From assembly GCA_973895155.1 (NCBI GenBank), contig OZ316899.1, forward strand, positions 3,741,455 to 3,805,454: a DNA stretch of 64,000 nt, written 5' to 3'. Under the pieces are notes generated by a model. That model had not been told where the DNA came from and ran no database searches. It saw nothing but the letters and a program-made list of their open reading frames with translations. Made by a program: the position numbers and the translations under genes. This document shows positions 38,823-50,813 of this stretch, one piece after another. Source of the stretch: Marsupella aquatica. Lineage: Eukaryota > Plantae > Marchantiophyta. Each line of letters starts with the position of its first letter. The first letter of the stretch is position 1.

Positions 38823-40910
38823 TGGTCTGGGTATTACCAGATCCGCATGGCTAAGGGAGACGAGTACAAGACTGCAATGCGCACAAGGTTTGGATCCTAT
38901 GAATTTTTGGTTATGCCATTCGGGTTGTGTAATGCAACCGCAATGTTCATGAAGATGATGAATACCATCTTTCATGACTTGTTGGACCAAGGACTGGTCG
39001 TCTTTATTGACAACATCCTAATCTACTCGAAAATGTTGGAGGAGCATGAGCAATTGCTCAGAGAAGTGTTCTCTCGCCTTTGTAAGGCTCGTCTCTTTGC
39101 TAAACCTAGCAATTGCGAGTTTGCGATGAATGAGATTCAGTTCCTTGGCCATACCTTTACCCTCAAGGGGATTACGCCTAGTCAAGACAAGCTTAAGGAG
39201 ATCAAAGAATGGGAGCGCCCGTCCAATGTAAGGCAGGTTAGAGCCTTCTTAGGATTTATGGGGTTCTATCAGAGATACATGAAAGACTATGCAAGGATTG
39301 CGAGGCCCCTAAACGCGCTAACGTTGAAAAACAAAGTGTTTGTGTGGACATAGGATTGCAAGTTAGTATTCCTAGAACTTAAGCGGCTAATGATTACGTC
39401 GTTGATTCTAAAGTTACCTGAGATGGGGAAGCCGTTCAAGATTTGGACAGACGCAAGTGATTATGATATTGGCGCCAGTCTTCACCAAGATGGGCGTCAT
39501 GTGGCCTTTGAGTCATGTAAGTTGGAAAATCATTGGATCACACCGGAAAGGGAAATGTATGCAGTGATCTATGCATTGAAGAAGTGGACGATTTACCTTA
39601 AAAACGGTCCCAAAGTGGTAATACACACAGATAGCTCGTCAGCCGGGTACTTCAGTTCTAAGCCAAGGCTGAACCCCAAGGAAATGCGCTGGTAGATGTT
39701 CTTGGCGGATTTCAATTTCAAAGTCCATCACGTTCCGGGGAAGACAAACATGGCAGCTGACGCGTTATCGCGTAAGGACCATCATTGTGTCAATGGCATC
39801 ATGATGCTTGAATCCGAGTGGCCAAAGGTTTTGGCCAAGGCGTATGGGGATGACAGGTTAGCTATGGAATGGCAAAGCAATGGGGGTAGCCAAGGCAAGG
39901 TAATGCACGTTTCATTGGGGTTGGATACGACGCATAATGTCCAGTTATGGCAATACAAGCAGAGGCGTGTGTACATCCCAGAGTCTCTAAGGTTAGAGGT
40001 TTTGCAAAAGTACCACAACTCACACTAGGGAGGGCATGGCGGACAAGCTGCTACGTATTGCAGCATGTTGCGAGATGTGTATTGGTCGGACATGAAGCAA
40101 TCGATCCTTTGCCACGTGCAAAGTTGTTACTCGTGCCAAAAGAACTGAACGGTCTATAGGGCAAAAGGAGGACTTTTGCAACCCTTACTAGTAGTTGCGG
40201 CTCCATGGGAGTCTATCTCCATGGACTTCATTGTTAGATTACCTGAGTCCCACGGCAGTAACTCCATCTTAACAATTGTGGATCAGTTTTCCAAGATGGC
40301 ATATTTCTTGCCAATTACAAAAATGGTTTTGGCCCGAGAGGTTGCCGGTCTAGTGTTTGACAATGTCTTCCAATAATGGGGATTGCCGTTGCATATCCTA
40401 TCCGACTGGGATACCAAGTTCACGGGCCATTTCTGGAAGGCGTTGTTCCAATTACTAGGGGATAGGCGTATCATCACAAGACAGATGGCCAAACGGAACG
40501 GGTGAATGGTATTTGGGAGGACTACTTGCGTCACTTTGTGACGGCCAATCAAAGGATTGGGCAAAGCACTTAACAATGGCTGAGTTTAGGTATAACTCGA
40601 CCAAGCATTCAATGACGGGGTTTGCGCCGTTTGTGTTGGCCACAGGGAGGACGCCAAGGGCACCCTCCTGGTTCATAAATTCGGAAGCTTGGCAAACGGA
40701 AAGCAAGGTTCCTTCTGCGGACAATTTATATGAGAGCGGCGCCTAGTTGTGGAAGCGGCTACCAAGGGTATGACTCTTGCCCAAAGTTGGTACAAGGAGC
40801 AAGGGGATAAACATCGACGCCAGGTAAGCTTTGAAATTGGGGAGAGCGTCTGGTTGCAGTTGAGACCTAAGCAATATCACGGGAACATAAGTAGGAAGTT
40901 GGCTCCCAGA

Positions 40911-41252
40911 GGGTATGGCACGCGTGACAGTAAACAGGAAACAGGTTTACTGGTACCAGAAATTTTTTTCCTGTTACCAGCAAAAAGTTACTGTTACCAG
41001 GAAAAATAACCATGTCAAAATATTTTCTAAAAAGTTTCATTTTCCAAAAAAATCTAAGTTACAACATTTTCTGGCTAGCTTTGGGCGCTAGCATTACCAG
41101 CGCCGGGCGCTAGCAAAAAAATAAAATTTTGAAAAAAAAACTTTTTTTCCCCAAAAAAAATTTCAAAACAAAATTTCAAAAAAATTACCACTCATTTTCC
41201 TATTACCAGTTTCTATTTTCTGTTACTGTTTGCTGTCATTTGTAAATACCCC
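40911..41252. mobile_element. Mutator-like MITE (about 340 bp) in the A2 integrase
   Basis: Imperfect TIRs starting GGGTAT...TGACAG.AAACAG; 8-bp TSD CTCCCAGA (9 bp with one mismatch); AT-rich non-coding interior. Confidence 0.85.
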
Positions 41253-42009
41253 CTCCCAGATATGTGGGGCCCTATCGCATCATACAATGGGTCCACAAGG
41301 ATAATCCAGTTTGGTGGTGTTGGAGACACCCAAGGAAATGGAGACACCGGGATCAGGTCTTGCATCCGGACGCCATGCTAGTGGAGGATGCGGAGGAGTT
41401 TGAGGTGGAGACAATTCTGGACCACCATGACAAACGCAAGTTGGGAAGGCAAATCTTAGAGTATTTGGTGAAGTGGGCTGGCTATGATCAGGCTGAGAGT
41501 ATTTGGGAACCAAAAGAAAATTTGGGTAATGCCTCAGAGATCCTTGGAAGCTATCGTAAGCAAAGCGGCCTAGCGCCATTGTGAACTGGTACAGGCAAAT
41601 GTAGCTACCTTTGTGAGTTGTATCCTAGTTTCACTCCTCTCATCCTCTTAAGGATAAAGTCATATTGCGTTGATGCTAGAGGTTGTTGAGCGGCCAATTT
41701 GTTTTTTGCGAGTGGAAGTTGATGGTGCCCGCCTTACATCTGTGGGCGGGCTGGTTTGAACCAAAGGGGAGTACCCCAAGGAGAGGATAATGTGTCCAAT
41801 GTGTTTGGAGTTAGCTTACCCGCTTGGACTGGCATCCTACTTGGATAAGTGGGATAGGTTGGAATTTCCTAAGTCTGGAATGCGCACACCAACCTGGTTT
41901 GCATCACCCTTATGGGCAAACCATTTGTTACCTCATAAAAAATTTAAGACCTATAGTGGTCTAGGTGTTCTGGAATGTTTACTGAGGTCTTGCGGACGTG
42001 ACTATTTTT

Positions 42010-42026
42010 AAGGGGGGGGGGGGGTG
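42010..42026 (+). promoter_or_regulatory. Polypurine tract of A2
   Basis: AA plus a G run and TG, followed by CA and the 3' LTR start AGTCGCGG. Confidence 0.85.
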
Positions 42027-42129
42027 CAAGTCGCGGAACTCGACTACCTTAACACTTAGTTCCAGCGTTGCTGACTCCAACGCCAAGCTCCCTTATGGTC
42101 CAGGCCCGGATAGGCCATCTGGGGAGGAC

Positions 42130-42924
42130 TGTGACGCTGCCAGCACGACGGTTAATGAGTGATCCGGTCTAATCCGTGCTTAGCACGGGCGCTAAGGACA
42201 TAGTAGTCCGTAATAATTAGCATAACGACACTAAAATAGGTAGTAACCACGACTAGGACATCATTAGTTAATAAGGAGCATTTATGCTCGGGCTGGCGGC
42301 AGAGCACCATTTGTACCCAGGGTCACAAGCATGTAGGGATGCACCCTTGGGTCCGTATAACAAATCAAGGGGGTGGCTCATAGACACGCTCTGACCCAGA
42401 CCTGCGGAGTGGCCGGTACACTGCAAGCATGAAAGGATTGGCCTATCAAAAGGAGGAAGGGACCGTTTGGCCAACGAGCCCTTAGGGTATAAAAGGCGGG
42501 CTATTCTCTCGTGAAGCACCACCACTTTACCCTTCGTGCCAGCTTTGATCCCAACTTACTCGTTTGCTCCTCAGTTACCCACCGCCGTTCCCTGTATGTC
42601 TATCACGATTATGTCCAGTTCTTCCCGGGTTGCAAGCCCAGGTTGGATACCCGTATCATCGGATCCGGATTGGAGGCAGACATTACAAAGGCTTAGAAGC
42701 CCTTAAGCCGGGGTCGATCTAGCTATCAACTTAAAATACGTTCCGGCAGCAAAACACAAACTATACCCATGACATTTCCATATGTAGGAATAGGCGCACT
42801 TAGCGCTAGATTACGGGAATAAGGTTCAGTTTGCACATCCCTCCTTGCCCGAACCCTCGAAACTAATGAAGATTATGCTCGTCCGAGCCAAAATCTATGC
42901 AAGGACGAAGCTTACGGTGTGACA
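42130..42924 (+). mobile_element. Family-D2 solo LTR (795 bp, no coding cassette)
   Basis: Both ends match D1; 5-bp TSD AGGAC. Confidence 0.92.
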
Positions 42925-43713
42925 AGGACTTAGCAGGGGAGACTTGTGGGCAATGAGACGCAGCACTGGCGAAGGCAAGGAGCCAAGCTCGTGACACACA
43001 CTAAGGACTTAGGCAAGCTGAGAGTTGGTCAGGTCAAGGGGAAAGGGGCTAGACTCAAGGTTGACCATTCGGCCCCCCGGACGGACTTTGAGTTCTGAGG
43101 TCTTGAGTGTGAGCTCCACTTGGGCCCAAGGCCAATGGAGTGACGCCATGGGCAACGGACGCTTGGGGCATGAGTTATGGCCCGATCCGGGTTTGGCCGA
43201 TTGGGGATCCGGAGCGGCGATGAGACGTGAGGGCCTAGGCATGAGCACTGGGTAAGCCCGATCACAACAGGCTAAGGCACTCCGCTTGCGAATGCCTAAC
43301 GAGAAAGTTATGGGCGTTGCCAATTGGTGGCACGCCCACTATGCGCGATAAGATCCAGGTTGGAGGGCAAATGTTAAGGGACCAAAGTTGGTCCTGGGGT
43401 GGCAGGTCTCCAGACGCATATATGAGGGGAGTAGTGTCTCCTTGGGGGCTAAGGGCAAGCCGAAGTTGTGAGCCACGGCGGTCACGACACTAAAGGAAAG
43501 CGCCAAACGAAAATGGTGATATCTTCCCAATGGGAAGTCCGTTGAAGGACTTCTTGGATGTGTTGGAAATCTCTCAAGGAGTCTACATCCTCCTGAGCTC
43601 AACTGGGTCTGGGGGCACCATGGGTTCTTGAGGTTTGCGGGTATTAGCTCGCCCGCTTGCCAAATCCTGCCAAACAGCAACCAAGCCGCGTTCAGTCTCC
43701 CAAGGGATCTTGT

Positions 43714-46367
43714 TGTCACGCGATTGACATGGGTCTTAACACCAAAAACGTCACTATGGGTGCCAAAACCATCTCCTTGTACCCGAGGATCACGAAGGGA
43801 TGTTGTGAAGGCCGGTAAACAACAATTTATGCCCTTAACACCAGACTATCATAGCAAGACTCTATCACACATCACCCAAGCTCAATCCCAAGGAACCAAG
43901 GTTGGGGATCAGATCTGTGCTCATGATAGTTTTGGTGAGAAGGGGTCTTCATATCGGGCTCGTACACACAGGGCCTAGCGCTACGGTGCGCATAGGTCTA
44001 TACGTATGCTTACTGTCATAGGTATGTTTCTATTCCGCCGCCGGAATGTACCCATAAACCAGTGACTCCTGACTGATTCCCGGCTTAGGGACTTCTAAGC
44101 CATTGCCCCACCACTCTGTCATTCCACTCTCAACAATCAGAGCTATGATAGTCCTCACCCAGCCCGCTTCAATGCACCCTGTACACCTCTCAGTGGCGCT
44201 GCTAGTCCCATCATACACTCAGATTGCCTCACACACACACACATCCATGAGAGAAATGAGGCCGAAGAGGAAAACTCAATTAGATTCAAAGATGTGCACA
44301 ATAGTTCATTGAGAACACTTGATCCGAACACTAGGCCCAAAGGCTGTCTCCTCCAGATTGCGACGTGCTTGCCCCGCAAGCCCTGTGCTTGTCATGCAAG
44401 CTCAATCCTGAACCTGAGCCCGGCTCACTCCAGATTGCGACGGCAGATTGGACTCGAACCAATCCCGTACTTGCCTTGCAAACTCAATCCTGAACTCAAC
44501 CTCCTTCACTGCACTTCATTCTTGGGGGCACATACAGATCTCACACCTCCATTTCCGAATGTCAAGTTACGCATGCACAGTTGACTCGACTTCAAAGCTG
44601 GTACCAGGCCTAACGGCGATCTACCCCAGACTGCAATGAGGCCCGGCCTCATGCTTGCCCTCCAAGCTCCGCTCTAGCCATAGATCCCTTAGTGCTCTCC
44701 ACCAGACAAAGGCCGGGACTCCCCATGGATCACGTAGCCTTGCCAGACTGAACTGTAAATGCTCCTCCTGCTGCCCCTCAATCAGTGTCTCAGCCTCCCT
44801 AACGTGCTCACCACAAATCAAATTGACATCCTCCCCACAGTTTACAATCACCAATACATCACCTATCACCAAGGCTCTGTATCAGGGGAAAAGAACCCAG
44901 TTGTGCTGCCCACTAGAAAGAGCCACAATCCAACTCGCAAACCTAGCAACCCATTGCAGCTGTGAAGCTTGGCTGATTACTCCCTGAGTAATAGCACAAC
45001 CAAGCTCTCCCCAACATGCAGCGTCCAAGTCCAGCCTTGCTTGCACAGAGCTCCTCCCTGTTGCTCAGTCTAAGTGAGATCACACAACTGAAGTTCCCCC
45101 CTGCCTCTATCGGGGGCTGCTCTATATACTCTCATATTGAGCCCAAATGGGTGGATACTACGCTGTTGGAGCCCCATCCCAGCCCTAACAGAGCCACCAC
45201 TATCTCTAACTACTGAACCCTAATTCGCAACTTTATTTCTATTTCGAATTGGCTATGTACTTCGGATTTGGCCCTCCTCCATGGTTTTTGCGAGCTTGCG
45301 CCTCCTCTCCTGATTTCTCTATTCAACCATTTGCTGCGTGGATAGCAGCGTTGGAAGCGGCTTGAGCTCCTCTTTCCAACGAGGTCAATTATAGCCGATT
45401 TGGTCAAATACACAGAGAGTTATGCCCCCGCAACGGAGAGGGGGTACTCACTACTGCGCTAACCCGAGTTACATAGCTAACCCGAGTTCGGCTAACCTAG
45501 CTATCCTATCTAACCCGAGTAGAGCTAACCCGTGGTCTCGGGTTAGGCCGCTATCCGCTATCCGCTAACCGCTAACCTAAGCTGAGCCCGAACCCGAGCT
45601 TACCTATGCTAACCTGAGCCCGAGTTTAGGCTAACCCGAGTTAAGTCTAACCCGGGATCAATCTAATCCGAACCCGGGTTAAGCCTAAGCTGAAGCCGTG
45701 CTTACCTGAGATAAGCTGAAGCCATGCTTACCTAAGCTAAGCTGAAGCCGTGCTTACCTAAGCTAAGCCGTGGCCGAGCTTGGGTTAACCCGAAACTGAA
45801 GCCGAATCCGCTAATTCCGGTCACAAGTTAACCCGTCACACTAATCAGGCCGTATCTTCCTTAATACACCTCCGTTTCCCGAGTGTTTTATATCGAGTTT
45901 ACTCGCCTTGACCAGATCTTTCCAATGCTCTTTACAGATCCGGATTTGGTGACATATTGAACGAGATATGGTTGCCAACCACGCGCGACATAGCCTTTTA
46001 TTTCCCTAACATTCTAAGACTAGACTATGAACCACTAACCTAACTAACAAAATGAAGCTACACACCCAAGACATTCAAATTTTATCATGAGAACAATCAC
46101 CATACCACACAACTTCATATTCAGTTATGGAGACTCGCTTCCTCCTCTCTTCCCCAGCTTCTCCTTTGTGGCCTTGACAGTGACTACCTCAACTGTGTCT
46201 GCCTTGGTTGTGTTCAAGCTGAAATACCTTTATCCCTACTCTTAACACCATGATTGCCCTTATTCTTGCCAGCTTGCTAATTGTTATGCGGTATCAATAG
46301 CTACTCCTTGCATACAGCAACCTAGTTACTCAGATTATAGAATAAGGACCATGTCATCGGCGTCACA
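43714..46367 (-). mobile_element. Family-E large solo LTR (2.65 kb, apparently non-coding)
   Basis: TGTGACGCCG...CGCGTGACA on minus; 5-bp TSD CTTGT (43709-43713 and 46368-46372). Confidence 0.88.
45459..45835. repeat. Degenerate CTAACCCGAG / CTAAGCTGAAGCC micro-repeat array in E
   Basis: About ten CTAACC(C) cores plus repeated GCTGAAGCCGTGCTTACCT blocks. Confidence 0.85.
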
Positions 46368-47630
46368 CTTGTGTTGGGGAGGTGAGGCCAAGTAGGCGTG
46401 GAGGTTGAGTTCCAAGGTTGTTTGGCCCCTAGACCATCAGTGGGGCAAACCGGGAGTTGGTTGCTAGAGTCGGGGCTATTTTGGTCCCGGCGCGTTGGGA
46501 CAAGCTTTAGGACAAGCTATGCTAATTGGGCCATGAGCATGTCCTGGGGTCAGGGCGGTGAGTTGGTGATGGATAGGTGCGAGGGGGAACCCGGGCCGCG
46601 TCCAAGGAAGGAGCTATTCTGGACAAACAGTGGGCGTGGGTTCTGGTTCCGACTTATGGCATCGGGAGAACCTATTGCTGACCTATTTCCCAACGTTTGT
46701 TGAGCTTGAGTTAGGATGCTAGACTTGGCGAGTTCTAGATCCCAAAGGGTTACTTACCGAGGTGCTTGGTTGCTTGTGCAGACATTGAGGACCGTTGAGT
46801 AGCTGTCGTGTTGGAGAGCAAGTGCGGCTTTGTATGGGAGAGGCCGCTAGCGGTGCAAGGGGCACTAGGTTGCTTGCTCAAGGTATTCCCTAGAGGCGTT
46901 TGGGCACCAGGGGCACTTAGGCATGAGTGTTGGGATTGGTGAGGGCGCTGGGTGGCAAGGCCTACCACTGGCCCTGAGGCAAATAGTCGGAGGCACCACC
47001 TGGTTTTTTTGTTTGCAGGTCTGGACGCGATAGGAGCCGCTCTCAGCGGCATTAGGGTATACCATACATGACTAGCTGGACGTCCACCTGCATTTTGTAC
47101 ATTTTTGGCAAAAACATATTACGCCACCCATTTATAGTGGCATTCCCGACTTCATATGTCTAGTTTATGTGTATTTTGTGTGTGTATGAACCTAAAGCCC
47201 ACCCAACTAAGATAGCCTGGAAGGATGTGACATACAAGATTAATGTTTACCCTAAATGGCACTCCATTCACGTCTCTCCATTCTTGGTACTATTTTTAAA
47301 CATTCTTGTTAACACCATCTCTACTAATCCTCAGACGACTTACTACTCATACGTCTTGGACACACTCATCATTAACAACGTCACAAACTACATAATCTTC
47401 CCTTAACGTTGTTTTAAACGATGTTATATGGTGATTTTCCTGTTCAATCTGCGTCCAGCATAACGACTCTATTTACAACGTTAATATGTAATGTAGTACA
47501 TTTGGACACATGTAATGACGCAGAGGACGATGTAAACTATAACCTTTGTTACTTCGTACAAACCGTGCCCTCATTCACGTTGAGTGTGACGCCTTTCTTT
47601 AGCGGCAAGGAGACGTCGGGCTTAAAGTTT

Positions 47631-49064
47631 TCATGTAACACATAAAGAGTCTTGATAATGTAGTTGTGTTGGTACCGTATCGGGTGTACCTGCTTGACTT
47701 CTTGCCATTGCCGTGGTCTTTGGAGTAGTGGTCTCGGGTAACTTTTGTGTTGGACTTGCTCTCTTGTTTGCTTTGTTCGATGCTCGCTCCTTCTCTGTCA
47801 TGATTTGGGTTAATCGTCTATTGACTTCTTCCGTGCTTAAATTCAGGCCAACTTTCGATTTTGTTATCGACGGCATCTGCCGTACTTGTGTATTGATTCC
47901 CACTATTGGTTCTGAATGGGTTCCCTTCTTGTAGCTTTCCACCTTCATTGCTACAACAATTTGTTCTGGTGCTATTATCTTTGTAGCTCTCTCTTCATTG
48001 GTTTCTTCTTATTGGTTCACTTTGGTTTCCAAATCCCCTTCGCTTGCCTCTTGCTCCACATCCATTTGCTGATTGCTATTCTCGTCTTTGTCATTCTCTT
48101 GATCCTTGGTTTGGATTCTGGTGTTCCCAATTCCTGCTTTTGTAGAATCTTGTTCTTGATCATTGTTGCTGATAGCTCTTGTATCTGCTCCTAGTTCTTT
48201 CTCCATTCCGATTCTTGGGCTCAGAGCTTTCTCCCTTAACTCGTCTATTTCCACGGGTTCTTCTTCTATTCTTGCTTTCTTACTCTACTTCTTTCCTCTT
48301 AATTGATATCGCTTTGGTGTTAGTTCGGTTGCCTTCTCAGGATTCTTCCCCGTAGTTAAACAGTAATGCAGTAATACTCTCGTATGTGTTCCCACCTCCA
48401 GCGTAATACTGTCCTCAAAACTCAAGTGGTCCTTAGCTCCCACTAAAGCCTTCCGTAAACTCTCGTAAAATAAAGCACTCCAGTTCTTCCTCCCTTCTTC
48501 ACAATCCTCTACTAGTTTGATGATGTACCTCGAACATTCGTTCCTTGGTTTCTTCCACATCATTGCATGGCTGATAAACTTCGCCCTCTGTTTGACAAAA
48601 CTCAAGGTACATTGAATCATCATGAATCCTGATCCCTCTGGCTTACGGAAGCTCTCATGAAAGTGCTTTGACTCATAAGTGGCTGCAACCCTTTGAGTGA
48701 TTTTTGCTCCCCCTTTGCCTAATCCGAAAGTAGCCATCACTATCTGGTAACTAGTGCTTATGGTCTGATTCAGAAATCTGCCCTTGTTCTTCTACTTGTT
48801 CCAACTCAGAATGAAATCTTCAATGTCACGATCCTTATACCGAGTGATCTCCCAATTCAGATTGATGAACTCTGTCAAAAATTGTGCCTTCACAAACTCC
48901 TAATGTATTTTCGACCTGATAAACCCCACTGTTGTAATGGACATTTTCTCTAGTCTTGATTCTTCCTCCGATTTCATTTCCTCCTTCTCTCCCTTGCTAC
49001 TACGATTGTTGATAGGATCGCGACAAGTTTTCCTCCTTCCTTCCTTGGCTCAATTAGAAGACAT
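47631..49064 (-). pseudogene. Accessory-domain-b gene (about 478 codons) outside any LTR, with an acidic low-complexity tail
   Basis: ATG at 49064; ORFs 48285-48740, 48009-48254 and 47631-47948 share one frame, separated by single stops; FLTEFINLNW...DIEDFILSW...FGLGKG...NWSALFYESLRKAL. Confidence 0.75.
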
Positions 49065-49235
49065 GGTTGTTTTCAAGGCTTTTCACGGTGACAGCAAATA
49101 GCAAATAGCAAACAACAAACAGTAAAGCTCATAACAGCAAATGTCTGCACCAAAAAAATCTTCCCTAAACCTACATCTCTCGCAAAATGAAATTGAAACC
49201 TCTAAAATCCATTATTTTGAAACATATTGTAATAC

Positions 49236-50813
49236 TAGCACCCAGCGCTACAGTATTGAAACAGTCTAGAAAACCCAAAACCTCATTTAAAACATCTATA
49301 TGCAAAAGTATGCCAAAAAGCAACTGTATACTAGCAACAGGCGCTAGTATACAGACCTCAATAATAGACCTAAAATAACATAGATCAACTAGAGACCATC
49401 AGATGCCAATTTATGAAAAATTGTGAAGGGGGGCAGTTGCAGTCTAATATCACCAAATTATAATACATTCCAAGTTAAGATTCTCCTCTTCCCAGGGGAA
49501 AGTAGAGTCAAAAAACAATCTAGACAACACATGTCTCACTTTATAAACACCCATCAAAATTACATGTGTTCACAATAGCGCCAAGCGCTAATTTGTAAAA
49601 TAGCCAATATCTCTATCCAACAGCTATTTTTAAAGTCTGGCTAGCCATCAGATTCTAAATTAGTCGTATCTAGTTTTGATTCTTCTTCACTACTTTGTGA
49701 TCTATCAGAAGACTCAGCTTTGTCGTCTACATACTTGCTTGGCACAATGTCATCGACATAGCAGTTCTTCAAAAACTTCCTATCCGAGCCCCTTTTGAGC
49801 CTCAGGCCTTTACTTTCCCAAGTCAGCATTCTCACAAAATCTGCCTTTCGAGCCGCCTTTTCTGCATAAGAAGGCAAGAGATACGGCTTCTTCGGGGTTT
49901 CTATTGCATTCCTAGCGACTTTCCTCCATAGTTGAAAGCGCTTCCAAAGATTCCACTTAGACCTAGAAAGTTGAATCCGATATCTTTAGTTGGATCCGGG
50001 AAAATGGTGGAATTTTGGAGACACTAACGTCACCCTTAAAAAGAAAAGAAAAAAGATAGGGAAGCCGCAGATCATTACTCATAAGACTCTTCACTATCCT
50101 CAGATTTAGAAGACCCAAGGTTCACCACATTCTTGGAGGCACCATCGTCTTTGGACTGTTGAGTACTGTCGCCTCCATCATTGTCCTTGTCAGAATCAAA
50201 ATTAAGAACAACACGGAGTTTGTCATGCTTCTTACTCCCCACCTGCCAATGCGGAGGCGTGGACGTGGAGGCTTCTTTGTTCTCAAGAAGTCCAAAGAAA
50301 ACTTTTGTGGCAATGTCAAGAAACTCTTTACAATTTTCAACCCCGACTACAAACCTCCCACAATGATCTCCAACAACAAATGTACTTCCGGCCCCGACTG
50401 TCTAGTCCATGACAATATCCCCAGGGAGGGTAATTAATTCTAAAACTGACTACATGAAACCCACAAGCAGCCTTGAATTCCCAGCAAACGCAAGCTCCGG
50501 AAGAGGATCATTTTTTGGCACAAGAAAACCAATGAGATTGGTTATCGAAGGACCCTCTGTATGTGAAAGAGGTCAAAATTTGGGATCCTTTGGGACCCTA
50601 CCTTTGGACAAAACACGCCCAAAAACATTGAGAGTGAGCGTAAAAATCTGCATATCAAATTACATTTTGTTCATAATAAACATTAGATACTTCTTCAAGA
50701 ATACGGAAACCATTCATCAAGAGGATATGCCACACTAGTGCCTGGCGCTAGCATCACCTTCAATGTCGAAAGAAGGACACAAAACAGAAACTCCAGAATA
50801 GCGCCCGACGCTA
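49236..50813. repeat. Five dispersed copies of the palindrome TAGCGCCNGGCGCTA
   Basis: 49236-49250, 49332-49346, 49576-49590, 50736-50750 and 50799-50813; also 41076-41090 and 41098-41112 in the MITE. Confidence 0.85.

Larger units (their letters stand above)
34950..41584 (+). pseudogene. pol: A2 pol: protease, RT, RNaseH, integrase with GPY/F motif and chromodomain; interrupted by D1 and the MITE
   Basis: ALVDTGATACFI; KVDLWS|GYYQIR; WTDASD; PWESISMDFIVRLP; KLAPRYVGPY once the MITE is removed; FEVETILDH...EYLVKWAGYDQAESIWEPKENL chromodomain. Confidence 0.92.
42029..46969 (+). mobile_element. 3' LTR of A2, containing the D2 and E insertions
   Basis: AGTCGCGG...CTACCACT; colinear with 9067-11361 once the insertions are removed. 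Confidence 0.9.

Noticed and set aside
42025-42031. TGCAAGT as a canonical TG start of the A 3' LTR
   Set aside because: The bases before AGT differ at every other A end, and TSDs and host frames fit only an AGT start.
45459-45835. True interstitial telomere or chromosome-fusion scar
   Set aside because: The repeats are degenerate and mixed, and sit inside a TSD-bounded LTR.
47167-47620. AT-rich short ORFs as host genes
   Set aside because: They have no motifs or coding-like composition, and are more likely the 3' non-coding flank of the 47631-49064 gene.
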